A stretch of DNA of 64,000 nt. It comes from Salinivirgaceae bacterium. GTDB lineage: Bacteria; Bacteroidota; Bacteroidia; Bacteroidales; SZUA-534. The DNA lies in the NCBI GenBank assembly GCA_024405635.1, contig JAKSOL010000002.1:64001-128000 (forward strand). Reading direction: 5' to 3'. The notes under the pieces were generated by a model. It made no database searches and was not told the origin of the DNA. It saw nothing but the letters and a program-made list of their open reading frames with translations. Shown here piece after piece: positions 49,017 to 58,566 of this stretch. How positions within the stretch are numbered: the stretch's first letter is position 1; each line of letters opens with the position of its first letter. Both the position numbers and the translations under genes were made by a program.

Positions 49017-51893
49017 ATGTCAGAAACCAATAATTCAATACGTCTAAACAAAGCTGCTACTCAACTTGGTGTAGGAATCAATACTCTTATTGATTTTCTT
49101 ACCAAGAAAAAGCTTGTTGCAGACGCAAATCCAAACATAAAGATAGACGACGAGACTTATAATATTTTACAGAAAGAGTTCAGCTCTGACCAAAAAGTGA
49201 GAGAACAATCAACAAAAGTCGATTTGTCGCACACCAAAAAAGAGTCGATTTCTGCTGAAAAAGAGATTGAAGAGCCTGCTCCTATACCTGAAACTAAACA
49301 AGAAACAAGAGTAGAGGCAAAACCTACTGTTGAGAAAACAAAGGTTGAGCAATTGAAAGGTCCAAAAGTGCTTGGTTCAATCGATTTGAATAAAGGTAAA
49401 AAGAAACCTCAGCCAAAGCCAGAACCAAAGGTTGAGGACAAGAAACCTATGGTTGTCAAACCAACGCCTAAACCTGTGGTTACTAAATCAGCGCCAGTTG
49501 AAAATTCGCCAAAAGTTGAACCAAAACCAATTGAACATCTTGAAACTAAGGTTGAGCAACTTGAGGGTGTTAAAGTACTTGGTACAATTGATTTGAACCA
49601 AATAAACACCAAAACTCGTCCCGATAAAAAAACTAATAAAGAAAAACTTGAGGAGCGCCAAAATCGTGAGGCTCAACGTCAAGCAAATAAAGTGCAAAAA
49701 CAAAAACCAGTTGCTAAAGAACAAATTGAGCAACCTGATTTTATTGAAACACAAAAAGTTCGCCTTCAAGGGCCTAATGTAGTAGGTCGCATCGATTTGC
49801 CTCAAGATCGTAAGGGCACTCCTAGTCCCGACGATACCAAGAAGAAAAAACGTAAACGCATATCAAAAGATAGAATAAACATTAATGCTCCAATTCAACA
49901 AGATGGAGGTGAGCGTGAAGGTGGAAAGCGTCAAGGTAAAAAATCTTCATATAATAAAGGTGGAAACAACTTTACACGTAAGGAGATTAATGAAGAGGAT
50001 GTATCAAAACAAATTAAAGATACTCTTGCACGTTTAACTGCACCAAAAGGCAAGAATAAAGGCGCAGTTCACCGTCGCGAAAAACGTGAAGACGTTAAGC
50101 AACGAGCTCAAGAGGAGCAAGAACGTCAGGATGCAGAAAAAATGATTCTGAAAGTAACCGAGTTCGTGTCTGTTAACGAATTGGCAACTATGATGAAAGT
50201 TGCGGTTACCGAGGTTATTTCAACATGCATGAACCTTGGCTTGTTTGTGGCAATTAACCAACGTCTTGATGCAGAAACAATGGCGCTTGTTGCCGACGAG
50301 TTTGGCTACAAAATGGAGTTTGTAAGTGCCGATGTGCTTGAAGCAATTGCTGAAGAAGCCGATTCGGAAGAAGATTTGCAACCTCGTTCGCCAATTGTTA
50401 CTGTAATGGGTCACGTTGACCACGGTAAAACATCGTTGCTCGACTATATTCGTAAAGCAAATGTTATTGCAGGCGAGGCTGGCGGTATTACACAGCATAT
50501 TGGTGCATATAGCGTTAAATTGCCTGACGGACAAAAAATTACATTCCTTGATACTCCGGGGCACGAGGCTTTCTCGGCTATGCGTGCTCGTGGTGCTCAA
50601 ATTACCGATATTGTGATTGTTGTGGTGGCTGCCGACGACGACATTATGCCACAAACAAAAGAGGCAATTAGTCACGCTCAAGCTGCAGGTGTTCCAATTG
50701 TGTTTGCTATCAATAAAATAGATAAACCAGGAGCTAATCCTGAAAAAATTAAAGAGGGTTTGGCTAATATGAACCTTTTGGTTGAAGATTGGGGCGGTAA
50801 ATATCAATCGCAAGACATCTCGGCTAAAAAAGGTATCAATGTTGAGGAGTTGCTTGAAAAAGTGCTTCTTGAGGCCGAAATGCTTAACCTTCGTGCCAAT
50901 CCAAACAAAAAAGCTATTGGTACTGTTATTGAGTCAACTTTGGATAAAGGACGTGGATACCTTACTACAGTTCTTGTGCAAAATGGTACACTTAAAGTTG
51001 GTGATGCAATTTTGGCAGGAAACTACACAGGACGCGTAAAGGCTATGTTTAACGAACGTAGTGGCAAAATAAACACCGCAGGACCAGCAACTCCTGTTCA
51101 AATTCTTGGTCTTGACGGCGCTCCACAGGCTGGCGATAAGTTTAATGTGATGGATAGTGAGAAAGAGGCTCGCAACGTGGCTAACCGTCGTTTGCAATTG
51201 CAACGCGAGCAAAGTTTGCGTACTCAAACCCACATGACTCTTGCCGAAATTGGTCGTCGCAAGGCTATGGGAAGTTTCCACGAATTGAACATTATGGTTA
51301 AAGCCGACGTTGATGGTTCTTCAGAGGCTCTTTCTGATTCGTTGATAAAACTTTCAACTCCAGAGGTTCAGGTTAACGTTATCTATAAGGCAGTTGGTCA
51401 GATTTCAGAAAGTGATGTAAACTTGGCTTCGGCTTCAGATGCGATTATTGTTGGCTTTAATGTTCGTCCATCGGCCGATGCTCGCAAAGCTGCTGAAAAA
51501 GAGGGCGTTGACATTCATATGTACTCGGTAATTTACGATGCTATTGACGAGGTGAAATCTGCAATGGAAGGTATGTTGTCGCCTGAGGTTAAAGAGGAGA
51601 TTACCGGTTCGGTTGAGGTTCGCGATACTTTCAAAATTTCGGGAGTTGGAACAATTGCTGGTGGTTTTGTTACCGATGGTAAAATTAAACGCACATCAAA
51701 AGTTCGTGTTATTCGTAACGGAGTGGTTGTTTATACTGGAGCGCTTGGTTCGCTTAAACGATACAAAGACGATGCAAAAGATGTTACTGCAGGTCTTGAG
51801 TGCGGATTCAGTATTGAGCGTTACAACGATATTCAAGTTGGCGACGTTGTTGAGGCATTTGATGAGTTTGAGGTTAAACGTAAACTTGAATAA
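49017..51893 (+). CDS. infB: Translation initiation factor IF-2
   Basis: MGHVDHGKTSLLD, GGITQHIGA, DTPGHEAF and NKID motifs; long charged N-terminus. Confidence 0.98.
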   Translation: MSETNNSIRLNKAATQLGVGINTLIDFLTKKKLVADANPNIKIDDETYNILQKEFSSDQKVREQSTKVDLSHTKKESISAEKEIEEPAPIPETKQETRVEAKPTVEKTKVEQLKGPKVLGSIDLNKGKKKPQPKPEPKVEDKKPMVVKPTPKPVVTKSAPVENSPKVEPKPIEHLETKVEQLEGVKVLGTIDLNQINTKTRPDKKTNKEKLEERQNREAQRQANKVQKQKPVAKEQIEQPDFIETQKVRLQGPNVVGRIDLPQDRKGTPSPDDTKKKKRKRISKDRININAPIQQDGGEREGGKRQGKKSSYNKGGNNFTRKEINEEDVSKQIKDTLARLTAPKGKNKGAVHRREKREDVKQRAQEEQERQDAEKMILKVTEFVSVNELATMMKVAVTEVISTCMNLGLFVAINQRLDAETMALVADEFGYKMEFVSADVLEAIAEEADSEEDLQPRSPIVTVMGHVDHGKTSLLDYIRKANVIAGEAGGITQHIGAYSVKLPDGQKITFLDTPGHEAFSAMRARGAQITDIVIVVVAADDDIMPQTKEAISHAQAAGVPIVFAINKIDKPGANPEKIKEGLANMNLLVEDWGGKYQSQDISAKKGINVEELLEKVLLEAEMLNLRANPNKKAIGTVIESTLDKGRGYLTTVLVQNGTLKVGDAILAGNYTGRVKAMFNERSGKINTAGPATPVQILGLDGAPQAGDKFNVMDSEKEARNVANRRLQLQREQSLRTQTHMTLAEIGRRKAMGSFHELNIMVKADVDGSSEALSDSLIKLSTPEVQVNVIYKAVGQISESDVNLASASDAIIVGFNVRPSADARKAAEKEGVDIHMYSVIYDAIDEVKSAMEGMLSPEVKEEITGSVEVRDTFKISGVGTIAGGFVTDGKIKRTSKVRVIRNGVVVYTGALGSLKRYKDDAKDVTAGLECGFSIERYNDIQVGDVVEAFDEFEVKRKLE

Positions 51894-51906
51894 TATTTTA
51901 ATTCAG

Positions 51907-51942
51907 CAAAAAAGGGGCTGTCCACTTGGACAGCCTTTTTTG
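51907..51942 (+). terminator. Terminator after infB
   Basis: AAAAAAGGGGCTGTCC-actt-GGACAGCCTTTTTT. Confidence 0.85.
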
Positions 51943-51959
51943 TAAATAATTGATAAACA

Positions 51960-52955
51960 ATGAAAAAACTATTTGCTTATATATTTCTTTTGTTTGCTTT
52001 GGTATCATGCAACACTTCGCGCTTTGCATATTTTGCAAGCGATGGCTTTATTCAAGGCACTACATATCATATTGTATATGAGTATAATGCTGATTTGAGC
52101 TCCGAAATAAATTACCAGCTTCATAAATTTGACACATCGCTAAGCGCGTATATTCCCCAATCAACAATAAGTAAGGTGAACAATAACCAAATTGTAACAT
52201 CTACTGATACTTTGTTTTTACGTTGCTTATGCCGTTCTCTTGAAATTTCAGAATTGACCAAAGGCGCATTTGATATAACAGTTAGCCCAATTGTAAATGT
52301 GTGGGGATTTGGCTTTAGCAAACGGCAGGCAGTATCGCAACAAATGATTGATAGCCTTAAACAGTTTATTGGCTACAAAAAAATACGCATAAGTGGCGAT
52401 AGCGTGATTAAAGATATACCGCAACTGCAACTTAATGCTAATGCTATTGCGCAAGGATTGTCGTGCGATTACATAGCCGAATTATTCCAACGGAAGGGCA
52501 TTGATAATTATATGGTAGAGATTGGCGGCGAAGTAATAGCACGTGGAGTTAACTCGCGTGGCATGCCATGGCGCATTGGCATCGATAAACCAATTGATGA
52601 TAGCACAGCATCGCACCGAGAGTTGCAAGAAATTGTGGCGCTTAATGGTCGAAGCCTTTGTACTTCAGGTAATTATCGAAAGTTTTATGTTGAAGATGGC
52701 GTAAAATATTCGCACACAATTAATCCCAAGACAGGCTATCCAGCAAAAAATAAACTGTTGAGTGCATCAATAATGGGAACCGATTGTATGTCGGCCGATG
52801 CAATTGCAACATCGTGTATGGTGTTGGGCGAGGAGGCTGCGGTTGAGTTGTGCGATTCGTTGCCTGAAATAGAATACTATTTTATTTATACTGATGATGA
52901 TGGCGAACTACAGACAAAAATGTCGGCCGGGTTTGCTGATGCACTAATCAAATAA
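51960..52955 (+). CDS. apbE: FAD:protein FMN transferase ApbE (lipoprotein)
   Basis: LVSC lipobox; QGTTY, GAFDITV.P, AIAQG, VEIGGE, TSGNYR, HTINPKTG and ADAIAT motifs. Confidence 0.93.
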   Translation: MKKLFAYIFLLFALVSCNTSRFAYFASDGFIQGTTYHIVYEYNADLSSEINYQLHKFDTSLSAYIPQSTISKVNNNQIVTSTDTLFLRCLCRSLEISELTKGAFDITVSPIVNVWGFGFSKRQAVSQQMIDSLKQFIGYKKIRISGDSVIKDIPQLQLNANAIAQGLSCDYIAELFQRKGIDNYMVEIGGEVIARGVNSRGMPWRIGIDKPIDDSTASHRELQEIVALNGRSLCTSGNYRKFYVEDGVKYSHTINPKTGYPAKNKLLSASIMGTDCMSADAIATSCMVLGEEAAVELCDSLPEIEYYFIYTDDDGELQTKMSAGFADALIK

Positions 52956-53018
52956 CGAGAGAGCAAGTTAATTGACTTATGTTGTTGCTTTTTCACATAA
53001 GCCCCAATTAAACAGGTG

Positions 53019-53597
53019 CTATTCTTGCTTTCCTTTTTCTTTTAGGTAGCAACTACGGCAAAGAGGTTCGTAAAGGTCGGTTTCGCCCAAAAGAACAAGT
53101 CGGTCAGTGTTGGTTAACCGGTGCGAGTATTGAGCAAGGTTGCCGCATTTAACGCAAATGGCATGCACTTTGGTAACTTCTTCGGCTACGGCCATTAGTT
53201 TGGGCATTGGGCCAAAAGGCTCGCCTTTGTAATCCATGTCCAAGCCGGCAACAATAACACGAATGCCTCTGTCAGCTAGTTGGTTGCATACTTCGTAAAG
53301 CGACTCGTCAAGAAATTGAGCTTCGTCTATTCCAACTACATCAACATCGGTGGCAAGTAGTAAAATATTGCGCGGACTATCAATCGGAGTAGATCTGATT
53401 GAATTATCGTCGTGCGACACAACATCAACCTCTGAATAGCGCACATCAATTGCAGGTTTGAAAATTTCAACCTTTTGTTTTGCAAATTGGGCACGTTTTA
53501 ATCGGCGGATTAGTTCCTCAGTTTTACCCGAAAACATCGACCCGCAAATTACCTCAATACAACCGCGGCGCTCAAGCCTATTACCTTCTGAAAACAT
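53019..53597 (-). CDS. tdk: Thymidine kinase
   Basis: [19 protein letters not shown] and AGLDMD motifs; Zn-binding CVKC and CRSC. Start at MFSEG. Confidence 0.96.
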   Translation of the reverse strand: MFSEGNRLERRGCIEVICGSMFSGKTEELIRRLKRAQFAKQKVEIFKPAIDVRYSEVDVVSHDDNSIRSTPIDSPRNILLLATDVDVVGIDEAQFLDESLYEVCNQLADRGIRVIVAGLDMDYKGEPFGPMPKLMAVAEEVTKVHAICVKCGNLAQYSHRLTNTDRLVLLGETDLYEPLCRSCYLKEKGKQE

Positions 53598-53672
53598 ATA
53601 AACTAAAAAAAGCAAGCGTTGTGCGTTTTGCCTACATTGATTACTTTTGGCAAAATAAACATAAAGCCGACA

Positions 53673-54530
53673 ATGCAAGCGCAAAATCTTATTAAAATAA
53701 TAAAGGCTGAAGCTACCGTGCTAACTGCCTTAATTGATAATCTTCCAGATGACGGACAAATTCAGCAATTTGAAGTGGATATGCTGATTGGTAAAATACA
53801 GTCGTTGAACAACATAGCATCGCATTTGCAAGCTGCCTCAGAGCCGCAACCAGTGCAAGTTAAAACACCTGTTGTTGAACCCGTTAAACAATTGGAACCA
53901 GAAGTAAAAGTTGCTGAACCAAAGCAAGTTGAGCAAAACATTGTTGTAGAACCAGTGGCTGAAAAAGTTGTGGAGGAAGAAAAACCTACTGTTGCTACAA
54001 TAATTGAAGACAATATAGACGAGGTTGAAGTTTCTACTTCCGAATTTGATTTAGTTGATGTTGAGACTGAACAAGTTGTTGAAAAAGAGGAAGCGCCAAC
54101 GTTGCAACCGCAGCCAGTTGAAAAAACGGCAGCAGTAATTGAATCTACAAATGTTGCAAATACTGTCGATTCGGCAGTTAAGACCGAGACAAAACCAACA
54201 TCGACATTGGCAGATGCATATTTGAAAAATGCACGCTCGGTTAACGATGTTTTGGCAGGAATAGAAAAACGCCGCAGTTTAGCTTCTCAGTTTTCGCGTC
54301 GTCCAATAACTAATTTACGTCAAAGTATAGCAATAAACGACCGCATTCGTTTTATAAACCAATTGTTTGGTCGCGACAACATACTGTATCAGCAAACACT
54401 TGATAATATTGAAAAATCGGCCAATATTGACGACGCTCTAAAGATGCTTTTTAGTCAATTTAATTGGAACCAAGAAGAAGAAACTGTTGCCGATTTTCTT
54501 GAATTGGTTTATCTCCGTTTTTCAAAATAA
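53673..54530 (+). CDS. Hypothetical protein: helical N-terminus, E/P/V/K-rich linker, compact C-terminal domain
   Basis: Long ORF with TACTTTTG promoter box upstream and 6 bp gap to rsmI. C-terminus [16 protein letters not shown]...W..E...DFLELV..RF resembles a conserved Bacteroidota unknown family. Confidence 0.7.
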   Translation: MQAQNLIKIIKAEATVLTALIDNLPDDGQIQQFEVDMLIGKIQSLNNIASHLQAASEPQPVQVKTPVVEPVKQLEPEVKVAEPKQVEQNIVVEPVAEKVVEEEKPTVATIIEDNIDEVEVSTSEFDLVDVETEQVVEKEEAPTLQPQPVEKTAAVIESTNVANTVDSAVKTETKPTSTLADAYLKNARSVNDVLAGIEKRRSLASQFSRRPITNLRQSIAINDRIRFINQLFGRDNILYQQTLDNIEKSANIDDALKMLFSQFNWNQEEETVADFLELVYLRFSK

Positions 54531-54536
54531 TCGTAT

Positions 54537-55211
54537 ATGGGAAAACTCTATTTGGTGCCTACACCAATTGGTAACCTTGAGGACATAACGCTAAGAGCCC
54601 TACGGTTGCTTAAAGAGGCCGATTTTATTATGGCCGAAGATACCCGCACAACAAGTTTTTTGCTGTCGCATTACGAAATAAAGAACCATCTAATACCTTT
54701 TCATAAATTTAACGAGCATCAGCACGTTGAAGGCTATGTTCAACGAATAAAAGAGAGCGAAACTGCCGTTTTAGTTAGTGACGCAGGTACTCCAGGTATT
54801 TCAGATCCCGGTTATTTGCTAGTGCGCCATTGCCTTGATAACGATGTAGAGGTAGAATGTTTGCCTGGTGCAACTGCAGTTATTCCTGCTGTGGTAAATA
54901 GTGGTTTTGCAAACGATCGCTTTTGCTTTGAAGGCTTTTTGCCACAAAAGAAAGGTCGTCAAAAAAGACTAGATAACGTAAAAGACGAAACAAGAACAAT
55001 GGTGTTTTATGAATCACCATTTCGTTTGGTAAAGACTCTTGAACAATTTGCTGAGACCTTTGGCGCCGAAAGGCTTGTGTGCGTTAGCCGTGAATTGACA
55101 AAAATGCACGAGGAAAATTTTAGAGGAACAATGACCGACGCCATTGAGCACTTTAAATCAAAAACAGTAAAGGGCGAAATAGTGATTGTGGTTAATGGTG
55201 CCGATGATTGA
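54537..55211 (+). CDS. rsmI: 16S rRNA C1402 2'-O-methyltransferase
   Basis: LYLVPTPIGNLEDIT, AEDTR, VSDAGTPGISDPG, YESP.R and RELTK..EE motifs. Confidence 0.97.
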   Translation: MGKLYLVPTPIGNLEDITLRALRLLKEADFIMAEDTRTTSFLLSHYEIKNHLIPFHKFNEHQHVEGYVQRIKESETAVLVSDAGTPGISDPGYLLVRHCLDNDVEVECLPGATAVIPAVVNSGFANDRFCFEGFLPQKKGRQKRLDNVKDETRTMVFYESPFRLVKTLEQFAETFGAERLVCVSRELTKMHEENFRGTMTDAIEHFKSKTVKGEIVIVVNGADD

Positions 55212-55297
55212 TATTAAGTATCAGATATTTGCATTTATTTTTTGAAAAATATCAAAAAAAATAAGATTTTTGCGAATTGTAACAAAAACGTATTCTA

Positions 55298-56032
55298 ATG
55301 AATAAATTCATTTCGATTATCTGCACATTGTGCTTTGCTATGTTGTTGTCGTTCAGTGTATCAGCACAAACAATAAAGGGAAATGGAAAACTAAAAACCG
55401 ATGTTAAGGTTTTATCTGGTTTTAATAAAGTTGTTGCGCAAGGCAACTTTGAATTATACCTTTCTCAAGAAGAAGGTGAATGCGTAAAAATTGAGGCAGA
55501 CGAAAATCTTATTGACCTTTTTCAAACATCGGTAGTAAACGGATCGTTGTTTATTATCCTTTCAGCCGACATTAAAAAAACTTCTAAAATAACAGTAACA
55601 GTTGCTTTTCGCGATTTAGACGAGGTTACATTACTTAACCAAGTGTCGCTAAAAACAAGCAAGGTTTTAAATTTTGACGACCTAATTCTTACATGCGCCG
55701 ATCAGTCGCGTGCAGACATTGAGGTTATGGCTTCAAATTTTGTAACAAACTTTGTAGATGGTAGTTACGCTGCCATTAAAGGTTATTCTGAAAAACTTAC
55801 TGTTAATGCAGGTGACGAGTCGGAAATACTTTTGTTTGATCTTCAAACTGATGAATGTATAGTTAATGCGTCAGGATATTCGGAGGTGTCAGTTAACGCC
55901 AAAAAAACTATTCAACCTCGTGTTAGTGGACATTCAAGTCTCTATTACATGGGCGATGCAAAGGTTAAGAATCGCCAATTTTCAAGCTCTGGTTTTATTG
56001 TGAAACGTAAGGTTGGAGCTTCCAAAAAGTAG
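55298..56032 (+). CDS. Secreted DUF2807 / head-GIN-domain (auto-transporter adhesin-like) protein
   Basis: Signal peptide VSA-Q; IKGNG, V.IEADENL, repeated beta-helix A.G.S motifs and SG.S...Y.G. Confidence 0.75.
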   Translation: MNKFISIICTLCFAMLLSFSVSAQTIKGNGKLKTDVKVLSGFNKVVAQGNFELYLSQEEGECVKIEADENLIDLFQTSVVNGSLFIILSADIKKTSKITVTVAFRDLDEVTLLNQVSLKTSKVLNFDDLILTCADQSRADIEVMASNFVTNFVDGSYAAIKGYSEKLTVNAGDESEILLFDLQTDECIVNASGYSEVSVNAKKTIQPRVSGHSSLYYMGDAKVKNRQFSSSGFIVKRKVGASKK

Positions 56033-56053
56033 TTGCAATAGTTTCGATGATAT

Positions 56054-56087
56054 AAAAAAGGGCTGTCCTTTTGGACGGCCCTTTTTG
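56054..56087. terminator. Bidirectional terminator
   Basis: AAAAAAGGGCTGTCC-tttt-GGACGGCCCTTTTT. Confidence 0.85.
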
Positions 56088-56108
56088 TTATTGGTTAAGT
56101 ATATTGTG

Positions 56109-57278
56109 CTATTCGCCAAACTGGTCGCGTTTGCTACCTTCGTAGATGCTGAATTTACGGAAAGTACATTCAAGAGGCCCATTGAATAGTTTTATTTTTC
56201 TTTCGGGGTGAAGTCCCATATATTTCATGCACTCGGGATTGCTTCCAATAATCCAAGCAACACTGCCTAAGTAGTCAATTTTTAGTTTGTCGCTCATCTT
56301 GCGGTAAAAAATCTCCATGTCGCCAGGTTGAAGACGTTCTCCGTAAGGAGGATTAGTTACTACAGTAAGAGCCGATTTTGGTCGAGTGTCGAAAAAGTTG
56401 CAAACATGAACATCGACATGCTTTGATAAAAAGGCAGCACGAATGTTGTCTTTTGCAATGCGAACTGCTACTGGCGAAATGTCGCTGCCATAAATTTTGT
56501 ATTTGAATTCGGGAACATCAATATCCTCTTCGGTAATTTGCTCAAAAAGATCAGCGTCAAAGTCGTTCCATTTTTCAAAAGCAAATTGCGAGCGGTATGA
56601 GCCTGGTGCAATTCCGTAAGCCATCATTGCCGCCTCAATTAATATGGTACCCGATCCACACATAGGGTCCATTAGGTCCGATTGGCAATTCCATCCAGAA
56701 AGCATTAACATTCCAGCTGCAAGTACTTCGTTTATTGGCGCTTTGCCTCCGCTTTGTCGGTATCCGCGTTTAAAAAGAGGGTCGCCCGAACTGTTGAGCA
56801 ACACAGTTACGTGCTTTTCCGAAACGTGAACATCAATAGCTAAAGTTGGATTCATGGTGTCAACGTTGGGGCGTTTGTTTGTGCGACGGCGAAATTGGTC
56901 AACAATAGCATCTTTAGTTTTTAATGCTACATATTTTGAGTGGGTAAAAATCTTTGAATATGTTACTGCCGAAACCGATAGTGTGTCGTCAACTTTCATG
57001 TAGTTGGCCCAATTTATGGTTCCAATTCCTTTATAAAGTTCATCTTCGTTTGAAGCGTCAAACTCGGCAATAGGTTTCAAAATGCACAAGGCAGTGCGCA
57101 ATCGGTAGTTGGCACGGTACATCATAGCATTGTCGCCACTAAACGAAACGGCTCGGTTTAGTTTTTTTACATTCTTTGCACCAAGTTCGTTTAGCTCTTT
57201 TGCCAGCACGTCTTCTAATCCGGCAAATGTTTTGGCAATAAGTTGCAGACTATTGCCTGCGTTGTTTTGTTTTTTCAT
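56109..57278 (-). CDS. THUMP-domain class I SAM-dependent RNA methyltransferase (RlmL/YpsC-like)
   Basis: KTFAGLE..L..EL, KDAIVD, L.KRGYR...APINE.LAAG, DPMCGSGT and TNPPYGER motifs. Confidence 0.9.
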   Translation of the reverse strand: MKKQNNAGNSLQLIAKTFAGLEDVLAKELNELGAKNVKKLNRAVSFSGDNAMMYRANYRLRTALCILKPIAEFDASNEDELYKGIGTINWANYMKVDDTLSVSAVTYSKIFTHSKYVALKTKDAIVDQFRRRTNKRPNVDTMNPTLAIDVHVSEKHVTVLLNSSGDPLFKRGYRQSGGKAPINEVLAAGMLMLSGWNCQSDLMDPMCGSGTILIEAAMMAYGIAPGSYRSQFAFEKWNDFDADLFEQITEEDIDVPEFKYKIYGSDISPVAVRIAKDNIRAAFLSKHVDVHVCNFFDTRPKSALTVVTNPPYGERLQPGDMEIFYRKMSDKLKIDYLGSVAWIIGSNPECMKYMGLHPERKIKLFNGPLECTFRKFSIYEGSKRDQFGE

Positions 57279-57459
57279 TATGAATTAATTTTTCGGGGAC
57301 AAAAATAACTAAAATGCCCAACAATAAAGGCTTTGGCACATTGCTTGTTGGGTGGATTTTAAGGCTATTTGAGTATTTTAGCCAACTCAATCAAAAACGC
57401 GATAAGTTATTTGTTTTTGTTTTTAGATTGTTAGATAACGAAATGTAAATCAATAAGAT

Positions 57460-58509
57460 ATGCAAAACGAAAAGAAAACCATTACTCCTCTTTCAGAGTT
57501 GGGCGAATTTGGCCTGATAAAACGATTGACTAAACCATTTGAGTGCAAAAACTCGTCAACAATTAAAGGAGTGGGCGATGATTGCGCAATTATTACTAGC
57601 GAAGGAAAACAACTTGTGGTAACAACCGATCTTTTGGTTGAAGGAATTCACTTTGATTTGGTTTACACCCCGTTGGCGCATTTGGGATACAAATCGGTAG
57701 CAGTTAACTTGTCTGATGTGTGTGCAATGGGAGCAATCCCAACACAAATAACAGTGTCGATAGCAGCATCGGCTAAATTTTCGGTAGAGTCGTTAGAACA
57801 ACTTTATGATGGCATTCGTCGTGCATGTAGCCGATACGATGTTGATCTTGTTGGCGGCGATACAACTAGTTCAATGACGGGGTTGGTTATTTGTATAACT
57901 GCAATTGGTCAAATTCCTGAAGGCAAGGCATCAATGCGAAGTGGAGCTAAAGTTGGCGATTTGATTTGCGTGTCGGGCGACCTTGGTGGCGCATACGCTG
58001 GTTTTCAAGTCTTGCAGCGCGAAAAAGAAGTGTTTATGGTAAACCCAAATTCGCAACCCGATTTGAAAAAATACGATTATGTGGTTGACCGTCAATTGAA
58101 ACCAGAACCTCGACTTGATGTGGTTCGCAAACTTATGGAATTGGGCATCCAACCACACTCTATGATTGATGTGAGCGATGGCTTGTCGTCAGAAATCTTA
58201 CATATTTGCGACCAATCAAACTGTGGAGCAAAAATATTTGAGAGCAAAATTCCAATTGATGCGCAAACCGAAATGGTGGCCGAGGAACTTAATTTGGATG
58301 CTACTATTTTTGCAATGAACGGAGGCGAGGATTATGAATTACTATTTACTATTGATGCCGCCGACCAATCGAAAATTGCACAGATGTTAGATTATGTTAC
58401 TATTATTGGTTACATAACCGAGGCTAGCGAGGGTTGCAAACTTATGGGCAAGGCTAGCGGCTGCATTGACATAGTAGCTCAAGGTTGGAATGCTTACAAA
58501 GCCGACTAA
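57460..58509 (+). CDS. thiL: Thiamine-monophosphate kinase
   Basis: GEFGLI, GVGDDCA, TDLLVEGIHF, NLSD..AMG, GGDT, DVSDGL and GGEDYEL motifs. Confidence 0.96.
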   Translation: MQNEKKTITPLSELGEFGLIKRLTKPFECKNSSTIKGVGDDCAIITSEGKQLVVTTDLLVEGIHFDLVYTPLAHLGYKSVAVNLSDVCAMGAIPTQITVSIAASAKFSVESLEQLYDGIRRACSRYDVDLVGGDTTSSMTGLVICITAIGQIPEGKASMRSGAKVGDLICVSGDLGGAYAGFQVLQREKEVFMVNPNSQPDLKKYDYVVDRQLKPEPRLDVVRKLMELGIQPHSMIDVSDGLSSEILHICDQSNCGAKIFESKIPIDAQTEMVAEELNLDATIFAMNGGEDYELLFTIDAADQSKIAQMLDYVTIIGYITEASEGCKLMGKASGCIDIVAQGWNAYKAD

Positions 58510-58566
58510 TACGCTACACCTCCTACAATAAATTATATCTTTGCCAAAAATCATAAACCGTATATA

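Noticed and set aside
50220-50813. Long antisense ORFs (197 aa here; also 2986-3489, 21524-22000, 44760-45179, 47032-47370 and others)
   Set aside because: They are shadows of well-supported genes on the opposite strand or frame, with no recognisable motifs.
57279-57459. TPP riboswitch before thiL; dyad CCCAACAA-N20-TTGTTGGG at 57317-57352
   Set aside because: No CTGAGA or ACCTG core. The dyad alone has too little support.
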